Below are positions 8,719 through 16,190 of a stretch of 32,000 nucleotides of DNA, piece by piece. The DNA lies in contig NZ_CP066019.1 of the NCBI RefSeq assembly GCF_016127575.1, positions 30,001-62,000 on the forward strand. The letters are read 5' to 3'. Origin of the DNA: Cupriavidus necator (GTDB lineage: Bacteria; Pseudomonadota; Gammaproteobacteria; Burkholderiales; Burkholderiaceae). How positions within the stretch are numbered: the first letter of the stretch is position 1; the number at the start of each line of letters is the position of its first letter. The notes below the pieces were generated by a model that was not told the DNA's origin, searched no databases, and worked only from the letters and a program-made list of their open reading frames with translations. The position numbers and the translations under genes are program-made.

Positions 8719-9192
8719 TTACATCATGCGGCGCGAAAACTGCCCATGCCCAGCGTCCGACATCAACTTCGAGAACTGCTCGCCGCTCATGTGCACCAGT
8801 TCCTGGTGGTCGCCGCCTTCGAAATACACGTCGGGCTGCGCCATCAGGCTGTCGTCCACATAGGTCTGCATGCCGTAGGCCATCGCCACCGGCGGGATCG
8901 CGCCGAGGTCGCAATCCTTGAAGATCTCGCGGATCTCGTCCTCATGCGCCAGCACCAGGTTGCGCCCGGTCTGTTCGCAGATGGCGGCCATGTGCAGATG
9001 GTGGCTTGAAGGAATCACGGCAGCCACATAGCCGCGGTCATCCTCCAGCAACAGCGTCTTGGCCAGCCGGTCCCCGGGAACATGCGCTGCCTCGGCAGTG
9101 GCCATGCTGCTGAGGGTATAAGGGTGGCGGATGATGTCGTACTGGGTGTTCTTGCTGCTCAGGCAGCTTGCAAGCGTGCTAGCCAGGGCCAT
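8719..9192 (-). CDS. YbaK/EbsC-like aminoacyl-tRNA editing (deacylase) domain protein
   Basis: 157 aa with GAGGAG upstream of the ATG. The pattern ...AKTLLLEDDRGYVAAVIPSSHHL...LAHEDEIREIFKDCDLGAIPPVAMAYG...VYFEGGDH... resembles the tRNA_edit (YbaK/ProX) fold family. Confidence 0.55.
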   Translation of the reverse strand: MALASTLASCLSSKNTQYDIIRHPYTLSSMATAEAAHVPGDRLAKTLLLEDDRGYVAAVIPSSHHLHMAAICEQTGRNLVLAHEDEIREIFKDCDLGAIPPVAMAYGMQTYVDDSLMAQPDVYFEGGDHQELVHMSGEQFSKLMSDAGHGQFSRRMM

Positions 9193-9274
9193 GGTAGCTC
9201 CTCAGGTGCGGATGCGCCGACGGTTATCCTTGTGCTCCTACTATAGTCCGTGGCGACCGCTGCCGGAGGCACCG

Positions 9275-10204
9275 CTAGCGGTGCAGCCGCGGCCACACTG
9301 CCTGCAGTTCGGTCTTCAGGAAGTTCAGCAGGTAGCGCGTCGCCAGCGTCTGGTAGCGGTTGGGCATGGTCAGCATGTAGAGCTTGCTGCCGAACACGCT
9401 GATGCGGTAGTCGCACAGCAGCGGCACCAGGGCGCCGCTGTCCAGTTCCGCGCCGATCGCATAGATCGGGAAGATGCCGATGCCCAGGCCCGCCAGCACC
9501 GCCTCTTTCAGGAAGGCAAAGTTCTCGGAGGTGAGCGTTGGCTCCAGCACCACCTGCTCACGGATCTCACCGCCGTCGCCGCCGCCACTGTGCCGGATGC
9601 CCGTTGCCTTGAGCTTCTGCCCCTCGGGCGACGCGCACACGAACGCATGCCCCTGCAGCTCGGACAGCGCTTGCGGCGCCAGGTGGCCGGCCAGGTAGGC
9701 TGGCGACGCGCACACGATCCAGTCGACTTCGCCGATCTCGGTGGCGACCACTGAATCCGGCGGGGTGGAGATGATGCGCAGGGCCACTTCGACGTCCTCG
9801 GACACCAGGTTGTGCACACGGTTGTCGAAGACCACGTCGAGCGTGATGTCGGGATAGCGCTGCTTGAACAGCACCAGCAGCGGCGACAGCAGTGAATGGC
9901 CCAGGCCAGTAGGCACCGAGAGCCGCACATGGCCCTTCAGGCTCTTGCCCATATTGCTGATCAGCGCATTGGCGGCGGCTACCTCGCCCAGGATGTTGCG
10001 GCCGTGCTCGTACAAGCCGGCACCGACCGGAGTCGGCTCGACATGGCGCGTGGTCCGGCGCAGCAGCTGCACGCCCAGCTCTTCTTCGAGCGCCTTGAGC
10101 CGGTAGCTGACATTGGCGCGCGTCATCTTGAGCTTGCGCGCGGCCGCGCTCAGGTTGCCCGCATCGACGATGTCGACGAACAGGCGCAGGGCGTTCAGGT
10201 CCAT
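9275..10204 (-). CDS. LysR-family transcriptional regulator
   Basis: 309 aa. The N-terminal HTH reads MDLNALRLFVDIVDAGNLSAAARKLKMTRANVSYRLKALEEELGVQLLRRTTR, followed by a LysR substrate-binding-type C-terminus. Confidence 0.9.
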   Translation of the reverse strand: MDLNALRLFVDIVDAGNLSAAARKLKMTRANVSYRLKALEEELGVQLLRRTTRHVEPTPVGAGLYEHGRNILGEVAAANALISNMGKSLKGHVRLSVPTGLGHSLLSPLLVLFKQRYPDITLDVVFDNRVHNLVSEDVEVALRIISTPPDSVVATEIGEVDWIVCASPAYLAGHLAPQALSELQGHAFVCASPEGQKLKATGIRHSGGGDGGEIREQVVLEPTLTSENFAFLKEAVLAGLGIGIFPIYAIGAELDSGALVPLLCDYRISVFGSKLYMLTMPNRYQTLATRYLLNFLKTELQAVWPRLHR

Positions 10205-10483
10205 GGGGTGATCAATGAAAGAGGGGGGCGATTACGGCCCCCGTATATTGCCATGCTCTTGGCGGCGTCCCGCGGCATAGCACCGCGGGGTGCGCATCAA
10301 TGCTCGTGATGCAGGTATGGTTTGCGCGCGATTGTCCATGTGGCTGGACACTGAATCTGGCTGCGGCCCGTCTGGCGCCCAAACGCAACAGGGTATTGCG
10401 TGCGCTGCGGCTTGCACTGTGCGCGGGGATGGGCAATGATGCGAGCCGGACCTTCAACTGGCCTACTGCGCCCCCCGTTTGCC

Positions 10484-10822
10484 ATGCACCGCTCGTTGCG
10501 TCGATGGCTGTGCCTGCCTTTGCTCTTTGCCGGCGCCAGCGCCCCTGCCCAGGACCTGGTCGAATGCAAGCGGATCGAGCACGACCAGCTGATCACCGCC
10601 TCGCAGGAAACGCTGCTGTTCCTGCGCTGCCGTGCGCGCCAGGTCGCGTATGAAGCGCCGCGCCTGAAGGGTGTTTCGCAGCGCGTAAAGGACGACCTGG
10701 TGTTCGCCTGCCTGGACCAGGCCGACGCCGTAGAGCACCAGCTGCGCGTGCGCCACGGCTACTCGCGCGACACGCTGGCGCGCCAGCGCTGCGAACTATC
10801 CTTGCCGGCGCCCGGGGGCTGA
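10484..10822 (+). CDS. Hypothetical small secreted protein (signal peptide, 4 Cys in the mature part)
   Basis: From the ATG at 10484 the protein begins MHRSLRRWLCLPLLFAGASAPAQD, a signal-peptide-like N-terminus. Third-position GC is high throughout, consistent with real coding. I recognise no family. Confidence 0.5.
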   Translation: MHRSLRRWLCLPLLFAGASAPAQDLVECKRIEHDQLITASQETLLFLRCRARQVAYEAPRLKGVSQRVKDDLVFACLDQADAVEHQLRVRHGYSRDTLARQRCELSLPAPGG

Positions 10823-10845
10823 CTTCTGCCCCGGCGGGCAACGGC

Positions 10846-11595
10846 TCAGGCAAAGCCCCCGTTCACCCGCACCACCTGCGCATTGATCCACGCCCCATCC
10901 GGCCCGGCCAGGAACGACACTGCCGCGGCAATGTCCTCGGGCGTGCCCAGCCGCTCCAGCGGCGCCACTTTGGACAGCTGCGCCACCTGCTCTTCCGATT
11001 TGCCATCGAGGAACAGCTCGGTCGCGACCGGCCCCGGCGCCACCGCGTTGGCGGTGATGCCGCGCCCGCGCAGCTCGTTGGCCAGGACCCGCACCAGCCC
11101 TTCCACGCCTGCCTTGGCCGCGATATAGGGACCGTAACCGGGCAAGGAACGCGCGATCACGCTGGTCGACAGCGCGATGATGCGTCCGCCCTGGCCCAGC
11201 CGTGCGGCGGCCTCGCCCAGCACCAGGAAAGCGCCGCGCAGGTTGGTGGCGATGGTCTGGTCGAAGGCGTCTAGGCTGGCGGGCGCGACCGACGCCATCT
11301 GCATGATGCCGGCGCTGTTGACGACCACGTCGAGCCGGCCGAAGGCCTGCTGCGCGGTGTCGAACAGGCGTGCCACGTCTGGCGCCTGCGCCACATCGCC
11401 CTGGATGGCGATGGCATTGCTGCCGGCCTCGCGCGCCGCCGCCACCGTCTCTTCGGCCCGGGCGGCGCTGCCGGCGTAGCCAATGGCCACGTCGAAGCCG
11501 TCGGCGGCCAGCCGCAGTGCGATGGCGCGGCCGATGCCGCGGGAGGCGCCGGTGACGAGCGCGGCGCGGCGGGAGATAGCTGGGGTGGAGGTCAT
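10846..11595 (-). CDS. Short-chain dehydrogenase/reductase (FabG-like SDR)
   Basis: 249 aa. It has the cofactor motif TGASRGIGRAIA, NSAG, and the catalytic YxxxK (YIAAKAG). Confidence 0.9.
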   Translation of the reverse strand: MTSTPAISRRAALVTGASRGIGRAIALRLAADGFDVAIGYAGSAARAEETVAAAREAGSNAIAIQGDVAQAPDVARLFDTAQQAFGRLDVVVNSAGIMQMASVAPASLDAFDQTIATNLRGAFLVLGEAAARLGQGGRIIALSTSVIARSLPGYGPYIAAKAGVEGLVRVLANELRGRGITANAVAPGPVATELFLDGKSEEQVAQLSKVAPLERLGTPEDIAAAVSFLAGPDGAWINAQVVRVNGGFA

Positions 11596-11851
11596 GGCAG
11601 TTTCCTTGGGAGCAAAGGGAAGATGACCTCATGTTGGATGTTGGCTGTCTTTGGATAAATGTGTGGAAATCAAATTGATTAGACGGAATTTATCAACAAT
11701 ATCGGGCGTGCCGCATAGGCCGCACCGCATGCACATCCCGGAAATCCCGCGCTGGCGTTGCAGGCTCCGCCTGCGCCGCCCCCAAGCATGCGTTAAGATT
11801 CTTCCAGCCGTCTTTGGCGCTGCATCCTGCCGCTGTATCCCGCGTTTCGCC

Positions 11852-12622
11852 ATGAGCAACCTGAACCAGCAATCCATCCTCTCCGTCCATCACTGGACCG
11901 ACACCCTTTTCAGCTTTACCTGCACGCGCGACCCTGGTTTTCGCTTTGAAAATGGCCAGTTCGCCATGGTCGGGCTGGAGGTGAACGGTCGCCCGCTGCT
12001 GCGCGCCTACAGCATTGCCAGTGCCAACTATGAGGAAACGCTGGAATTCTTCAGCATCAAGGTGCCCGACGGCCCGCTGACCTCGCGCCTGCAGCACCTG
12101 CGCGAGGGCGACCAGATCTTCGTCGGCAAGAAGCCGACCGGCACGCTGCTGGTGGACAACCTGCTGCCCGGCAAGACGCTGTGGCTGCTGGCCACCGGCA
12201 CCGGCCTGGCGCCGTTCCTGTCGATCATCCGCGATCCGGAGGTCTACGAGCGCTACGACAAGGTCGTGCTGACCCACACCTGCCGCTTCGTTGAAGAACT
12301 GGCCTACCGCGAGCTGATCCAGGAACACCTGCCGCAGCACGAGCACCTGGGTGATCTGGTGCGCGAAAAGCTGGTGTACTTCCCGACCGTGACGCGCGAA
12401 GAGTTCGACAACCGCGGCCGCATCACCGACCTGATTGCCTCGGGCGAGCTGTTCGAGCGCCTGGGCGTGGAGCCGTTCTCGCTGGAGAACGACCGCATCA
12501 TGCTGTGCGGCAGCCCTGACATGCTCAAGGACGTCCGCGCCATCCTGGAAGAGCGCGGCTTTGCCGAAGGCAATATGAGCCATCCCGGCCATTTCGTGCT
12601 GGAAAAGGCCTTCGTCGGCTAA
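11852..12622 (+). CDS. fpr: Ferredoxin--NADP(+) reductase (bacterial Fpr type)
   Basis: From the ATG at 11852 the protein is 256 aa. It begins MSNLNQQSILSVHHWTDTLFSF..., with the FAD motif RAYSIAS, the NADP motif LLATGTGLAPFLS and MLCGSPDM. The track ORF from 11651 is an upstream over-extension. Confidence 0.9.
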   Translation: MSNLNQQSILSVHHWTDTLFSFTCTRDPGFRFENGQFAMVGLEVNGRPLLRAYSIASANYEETLEFFSIKVPDGPLTSRLQHLREGDQIFVGKKPTGTLLVDNLLPGKTLWLLATGTGLAPFLSIIRDPEVYERYDKVVLTHTCRFVEELAYRELIQEHLPQHEHLGDLVREKLVYFPTVTREEFDNRGRITDLIASGELFERLGVEPFSLENDRIMLCGSPDMLKDVRAILEERGFAEGNMSHPGHFVLEKAFVG

Positions 12623-12631
12623 GGCCGGCCT

Positions 12632-12662
12632 GCCCCGGCGCGGATCGGTTCCGTGCCGGGGC
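12632..12662. terminator. Stem-loop between convergent fpr and fumC (8-bp GC stem gccccggc/gccggggc, 15-nt loop)
   Basis: An inverted repeat is visible 10 nt after the fpr stop. There is no clear U-tract. Confidence 0.35.
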
Positions 12663-12694
12663 GCACCCCTGCTGTACCCCCGCTATACCTCCCG

Positions 12695-14101
12695 CTACAC
12701 CTCCCGCGTCATCCCCTTCAGGTCGATCCACTCGGCAAACTGCGCCTCAGTGACATGCCCGGACGCGATCGCCGCCTCGCGCAGCGACAGGTTGCGCTTG
12801 ACCGCCAGCTTGGCGATCTCCGCGGCCTTGTCGTAGCCGATATGCGGATTGAGCGCGGTCACCGGCATCAGCGAACGCTCCAGCAGTTCGGCGATGCGTT
12901 CGCGGTCGGCCTCGACGCCTTCGACCATATGCTCGGCAAAGCTCGACGCGGCCCCTGCCAGCAGGCTCACCGACTGCAGCAGGCTGTAGATGATCACTGG
13001 CTTGTAGGCGTTCAGCTCAAGCGTGCCCAGCCCGTTGGCCAGCGTCACCGTGGTGTGGTTGCCGATCACGCGGCAGCACACCATCGCCAGTGCCTCGGCC
13101 TGGGTCGGGTTGACCTTGCCCGGCATGATCGATGAGCCTGGCTCGTTGGCCGGCAGCACCAGCTCGGCAAAGCCGGCGCGCGGGCCTGAGCCCAGCAGCA
13201 TGAAGTCGCGCGCGATCTTCAGGAACGACGAGGCCGTGGTGCTGAGCGCGCCGGACAGGTCGGCCAGCGCATCGTGCGAGGCCTGCAGCGCATAGCGGTT
13301 GGGCGCGGGCTCGAACGGCAGGCCGGTGTAGTCGGCCAGCGCGCGCGCGAAGGCCGCGGCGAAGCCGTGCGGGGCGTTCAGGCCGGTGCCCACCGCGGTG
13401 CCGCCCTGTGCCACCGGCATCGCGCGCAGCATGGCCTGCTGCAGGCGCGACTGCGCATCGGCCACCTGCGTCATGTAGCCCGAGAACTCCTGCCCCAGCG
13501 TCAGCGGCACCGCATCCTGCAGGTGGGTGCGGCCGACCTTGACGATATCGGCAAAGGCTTCCACCTTGCGCGCGAAGGTCTGCTGCAGCTGCTCCAGCGC
13601 CGGCAGCAGTTGCTGCTGAATCGCGCGCGTGGCGGCGATATGCATCGCGGTGGGGAAGCTGTCGTTGGAGGACTGGCTGGCGTTGACGTGGTCGTTGGGA
13701 TGCACCGGCGTCTTGCTGCCGACCTTGCCGCCCAGCAACTGAATCGCGCGGTTCGCGATGACCTCGTTCAGGTTCATGTTGGTCTGCGTGCCGGATCCGG
13801 TCTGCCAGACCGACAGCGGGAACTCGTCGGGCCAGCGGCCTTCGATGACTTCGGTCGCGGCCTGTTCGATCGCGTGTGCCAGTTCGGGCTTGAGCACGCC
13901 AAGCTCGCCATTGGCGCGCGCCGCGCACAGCTTCAGGACGGCAAAGGCCTCGATCAGCGCCGGCGGCATTTTCTCGTTGCCGATGCGGAAGTTCTGGCGC
14001 GAGCGCTCGGTCTGCGCGCCCCACAGGTGGTCGGCGGGCACGGGCACGTCGCCCAGGCTGTCTTTCTCGATGCGGGTGGCGGCGGTGGACGGGTCAGACA
14101 T
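12695..14101 (-). CDS. fumC: Class II fumarate hydratase
   Basis: 468 aa from the ATG at 14101 (GGAG 7 nt upstream). It begins ...IEKDSLGDVPVPADHLWGAQTERS... and carries the signature GSSIMPGKVNPTQAEAL. Confidence 0.95.
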   Translation of the reverse strand: MSDPSTAATRIEKDSLGDVPVPADHLWGAQTERSRQNFRIGNEKMPPALIEAFAVLKLCAARANGELGVLKPELAHAIEQAATEVIEGRWPDEFPLSVWQTGSGTQTNMNLNEVIANRAIQLLGGKVGSKTPVHPNDHVNASQSSNDSFPTAMHIAATRAIQQQLLPALEQLQQTFARKVEAFADIVKVGRTHLQDAVPLTLGQEFSGYMTQVADAQSRLQQAMLRAMPVAQGGTAVGTGLNAPHGFAAAFARALADYTGLPFEPAPNRYALQASHDALADLSGALSTTASSFLKIARDFMLLGSGPRAGFAELVLPANEPGSSIMPGKVNPTQAEALAMVCCRVIGNHTTVTLANGLGTLELNAYKPVIIYSLLQSVSLLAGAASSFAEHMVEGVEADRERIAELLERSLMPVTALNPHIGYDKAAEIAKLAVKRNLSLREAAIASGHVTEAQFAEWIDLKGMTREV

Positions 14102-14235
14102 GGGCAGACTCCTATGCAAGGCAGCGGACGGTTGGACCGGGTGGCTTGGTGCAGTCCATTAGAATACCGCTTCACCGCGGCCGGCGCCCAGGCGCCCGCC
14201 GCCTTGCCTTGCCCTTAGCGACATCCCTCGGCCGC

Positions 14236-15126
14236 ATGCTCATCGCCCAGCTCAAGTCCTTCTTCATGGTGGCCCGCATCGGCAGCGTCACGCAGGCCGC
14301 CAAGCGCCTGGGCCTGTCGCAGCCCACCATCACCGCGCAGATCCGCGCGCTGGAAGAAGCCTACGGGGTCGAGCTGTTCCACCGCGGCGGGCGCCGCCTG
14401 GCGCTGTCAGACGCGGGGCTGGCATTGCTGCCGCGCGTCGAGGCGCTGGTGCAGCAGGAAACCGAGATCGACTTCTTCCTGCGCCATTCGGGCGACCTGC
14501 GCACCGGCAGCCTGCGCGTGGGCGCGACCGCGCCCTACTATGTGCTGGAGCTGATCCGCGGCTTCAGCGAGCGCTTTCCCGCCATCGATGTCAGCGTGGT
14601 GACGGGCAATTCGCAGGAGGTGCTGGAAGCGCTGCAGGAATACCGCGTCGATATCGCCACCTCGTCGCAGCGGGTGGACGATGCGCGCCTGTCGCGCGTG
14701 CTGCTGGGCGTGGACCCGCTGATGCTGGTGGTGCATCGCACCCATGCGCTGGCCGGGCACACCGAAGTGGCCGTCAGTGCGCTGGCGGGCTGCCGCCTGC
14801 TGATGCGCGAGCTCGGGTCGACCACGCGCATCGCAACCGAAGACATGCTGGCGCAGGCGCGCGTGAGCCCCGCCGCGCAGATGGAGATCGGCAGCCGGGA
14901 GTCGATCCGCGAGGCGGTGATCCGCAACCTGGGCGTATCGGTGATCGCCCGGCACGAGGTGCCGAGCCATCCGGACCTGCGCGTGCTGGGCTTCACCGAT
15001 GCCTCGCCCTGCCTGCACGAGTATCTCTACTGCCTGCGCGAGCGGCGCGGCGCCAGGCTGATCGATGCCTTCGTCGCACTGGCCGAGCCGCCGCAGGGGC
15101 GGCAGGAATCGGGCGCGGACCGCTAA
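14236..15126 (+). CDS. LysR-family transcriptional regulator, divergent from fumC
   Basis: From the ATG at 14236 the protein is 296 aa. Its HTH reads MLIAQLKSFFMVARIGSVTQAAKRLGLSQPTITAQIRALEEAYGVELFHR. Confidence 0.85.
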   Translation: MLIAQLKSFFMVARIGSVTQAAKRLGLSQPTITAQIRALEEAYGVELFHRGGRRLALSDAGLALLPRVEALVQQETEIDFFLRHSGDLRTGSLRVGATAPYYVLELIRGFSERFPAIDVSVVTGNSQEVLEALQEYRVDIATSSQRVDDARLSRVLLGVDPLMLVVHRTHALAGHTEVAVSALAGCRLLMRELGSTTRIATEDMLAQARVSPAAQMEIGSRESIREAVIRNLGVSVIARHEVPSHPDLRVLGFTDASPCLHEYLYCLRERRGARLIDAFVALAEPPQGRQESGADR

Positions 15127-15473
15127 GCCGTCATCTTCAGGCACTGCTCCATGCAGGCTGCGCAGGCGCGGGCGCATTCCTGGCAGTGCTCGTTGTCATG
15201 GTGCTCGCATTCCTCCTTGCACCACTTGCAGACTTCGGCGCAGTCTTCGCACACCAGCGTCGCGAACTCGCTGTTGCGCAGCATATAGGACGCGGCCAGC
15301 TGGGCGATGCCGGCGCAATCCATGTCCAGCGCGATGCAGCGCGCCATCTTGCGCACGTCCTGTTCTTCCAGGCAGGCCGCGGCGCACTTGAGTGCGGCAG
15401 CGGATGCGGCATTGCAGGCGGCAATGCAGTCGGCGTAGCGGGCGGCGTTTTCCTGCACGGTGGGTCGGATCAT
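15123..15473 (-). CDS. Cysteine-rich four-helix-bundle protein (DUF326 / Csp3-like putative cytosolic copper-binding protein)
   Basis: From the ATG at 15473 (GGAGGA upstream) the protein is 116 aa. It has 16 Cys arranged as repeated CxxxC/CxxC motifs on predicted helices (CIAACNAASAAALKCAAAC...CEDCAEVCKWCKEECEHH..HCQECARACAACMEQC). There is no signal peptide. Confidence 0.75.
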   Translation of the reverse strand: MIRPTVQENAARYADCIAACNAASAAALKCAAACLEEQDVRKMARCIALDMDCAGIAQLAASYMLRNSEFATLVCEDCAEVCKWCKEECEHHDNEHCQECARACAACMEQCLKMTA

Positions 15474-15797
15474 GGAACGTCCTCCTTCGGGGGTAGGTGG
15501 ATGGGGACCAGCATGCCCACGGTGGCGGAAGCGGCGCATCCGCACGCGCACGGGGCATCGTTATCCACAATAGCAGGCGCTGCCGGTTCCTGTCGGCCCG
15601 GTATTTGCTGCGCGCCGCTGGTTACAATGCCAACTGAGCGCAGCAGATCGGCGACGGCGCGCACGCAGCGCCGCCGTCACCTGCGACCATGGCCGGGCAC
15701 CACCGGCCCGCATTGCGCATCTAACAGGCACGGGTCCGGCCGCACTGGCGGGGCCGATGCAAACACACACCGGCAGCACGGGGAAGGAAGGCACATC

Positions 15798-16172
15798 ATG
15801 GGCGAGGCAAAACGGCGGGGAACCCCCGAGGAGCGTGCGGCACAGGCACGCGCAAAGATCGAGGCCTTGCGCCCCGCCCAGTTGGTCTGCGGGCACTGCA
15901 AGACCGCGTTCGCGCAATTCGACGCGCTCGACGTGCCGGGCCTGCCCGGCATCGATGCCGTGTTCGGCGGCGAATGCCCCGGCTGCGGCAACGACGTGGT
16001 GGTGTTCAAGGGCGCGCCCGATGCGGTGGCCCAGGCCATGATCGCGTGGGAGAAGATGCTGGGCGCCGATGCGCAGCTGGGCTACCAGTCCAGCGATGGC
16101 CGCCACGTGCCGTTCGAGCCCGAGGGGGCCGGCGGCGCGGCGTCGGACAAGCCCGGCGGCACTATCCACTGA
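15798..16172 (+). CDS. Hypothetical protein with CxxC-N27-CxxC zinc-ribbon-like motif
   Basis: The ATG at 15798 is preceded by GGAAGGAAGG, giving 124 aa. The protein begins MGEAKRRGTPEER and contains ...CGHCKT...27 aa...CPGCGN. Third-position GC is high. I recognise no family. Confidence 0.55.
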   Translation: MGEAKRRGTPEERAAQARAKIEALRPAQLVCGHCKTAFAQFDALDVPGLPGIDAVFGGECPGCGNDVVVFKGAPDAVAQAMIAWEKMLGADAQLGYQSSDGRHVPFEPEGAGGAASDKPGGTIH

Positions 16173-16190
16173 GCCCCCGGCCGGGGCCGC

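Noticed and set aside
12681-12704. Tandem 12-nt repeat cgctaYacctcc x2 at the fumC 3' end
   Set aside because: There are only two imperfect copies, and they overlap the stop codon and last codons of fumC. There is no evidence of function, so it is probably a slippage remnant.
15561-15569. Perfect DnaA box TTATCCACA in the DUF326 / zinc-ribbon spacer
   Set aside because: There is only a single copy, with no cluster of boxes, no AT-rich unwinding element and no dnaA or dnaN nearby. It is most likely chance, or at most a lone titration site.
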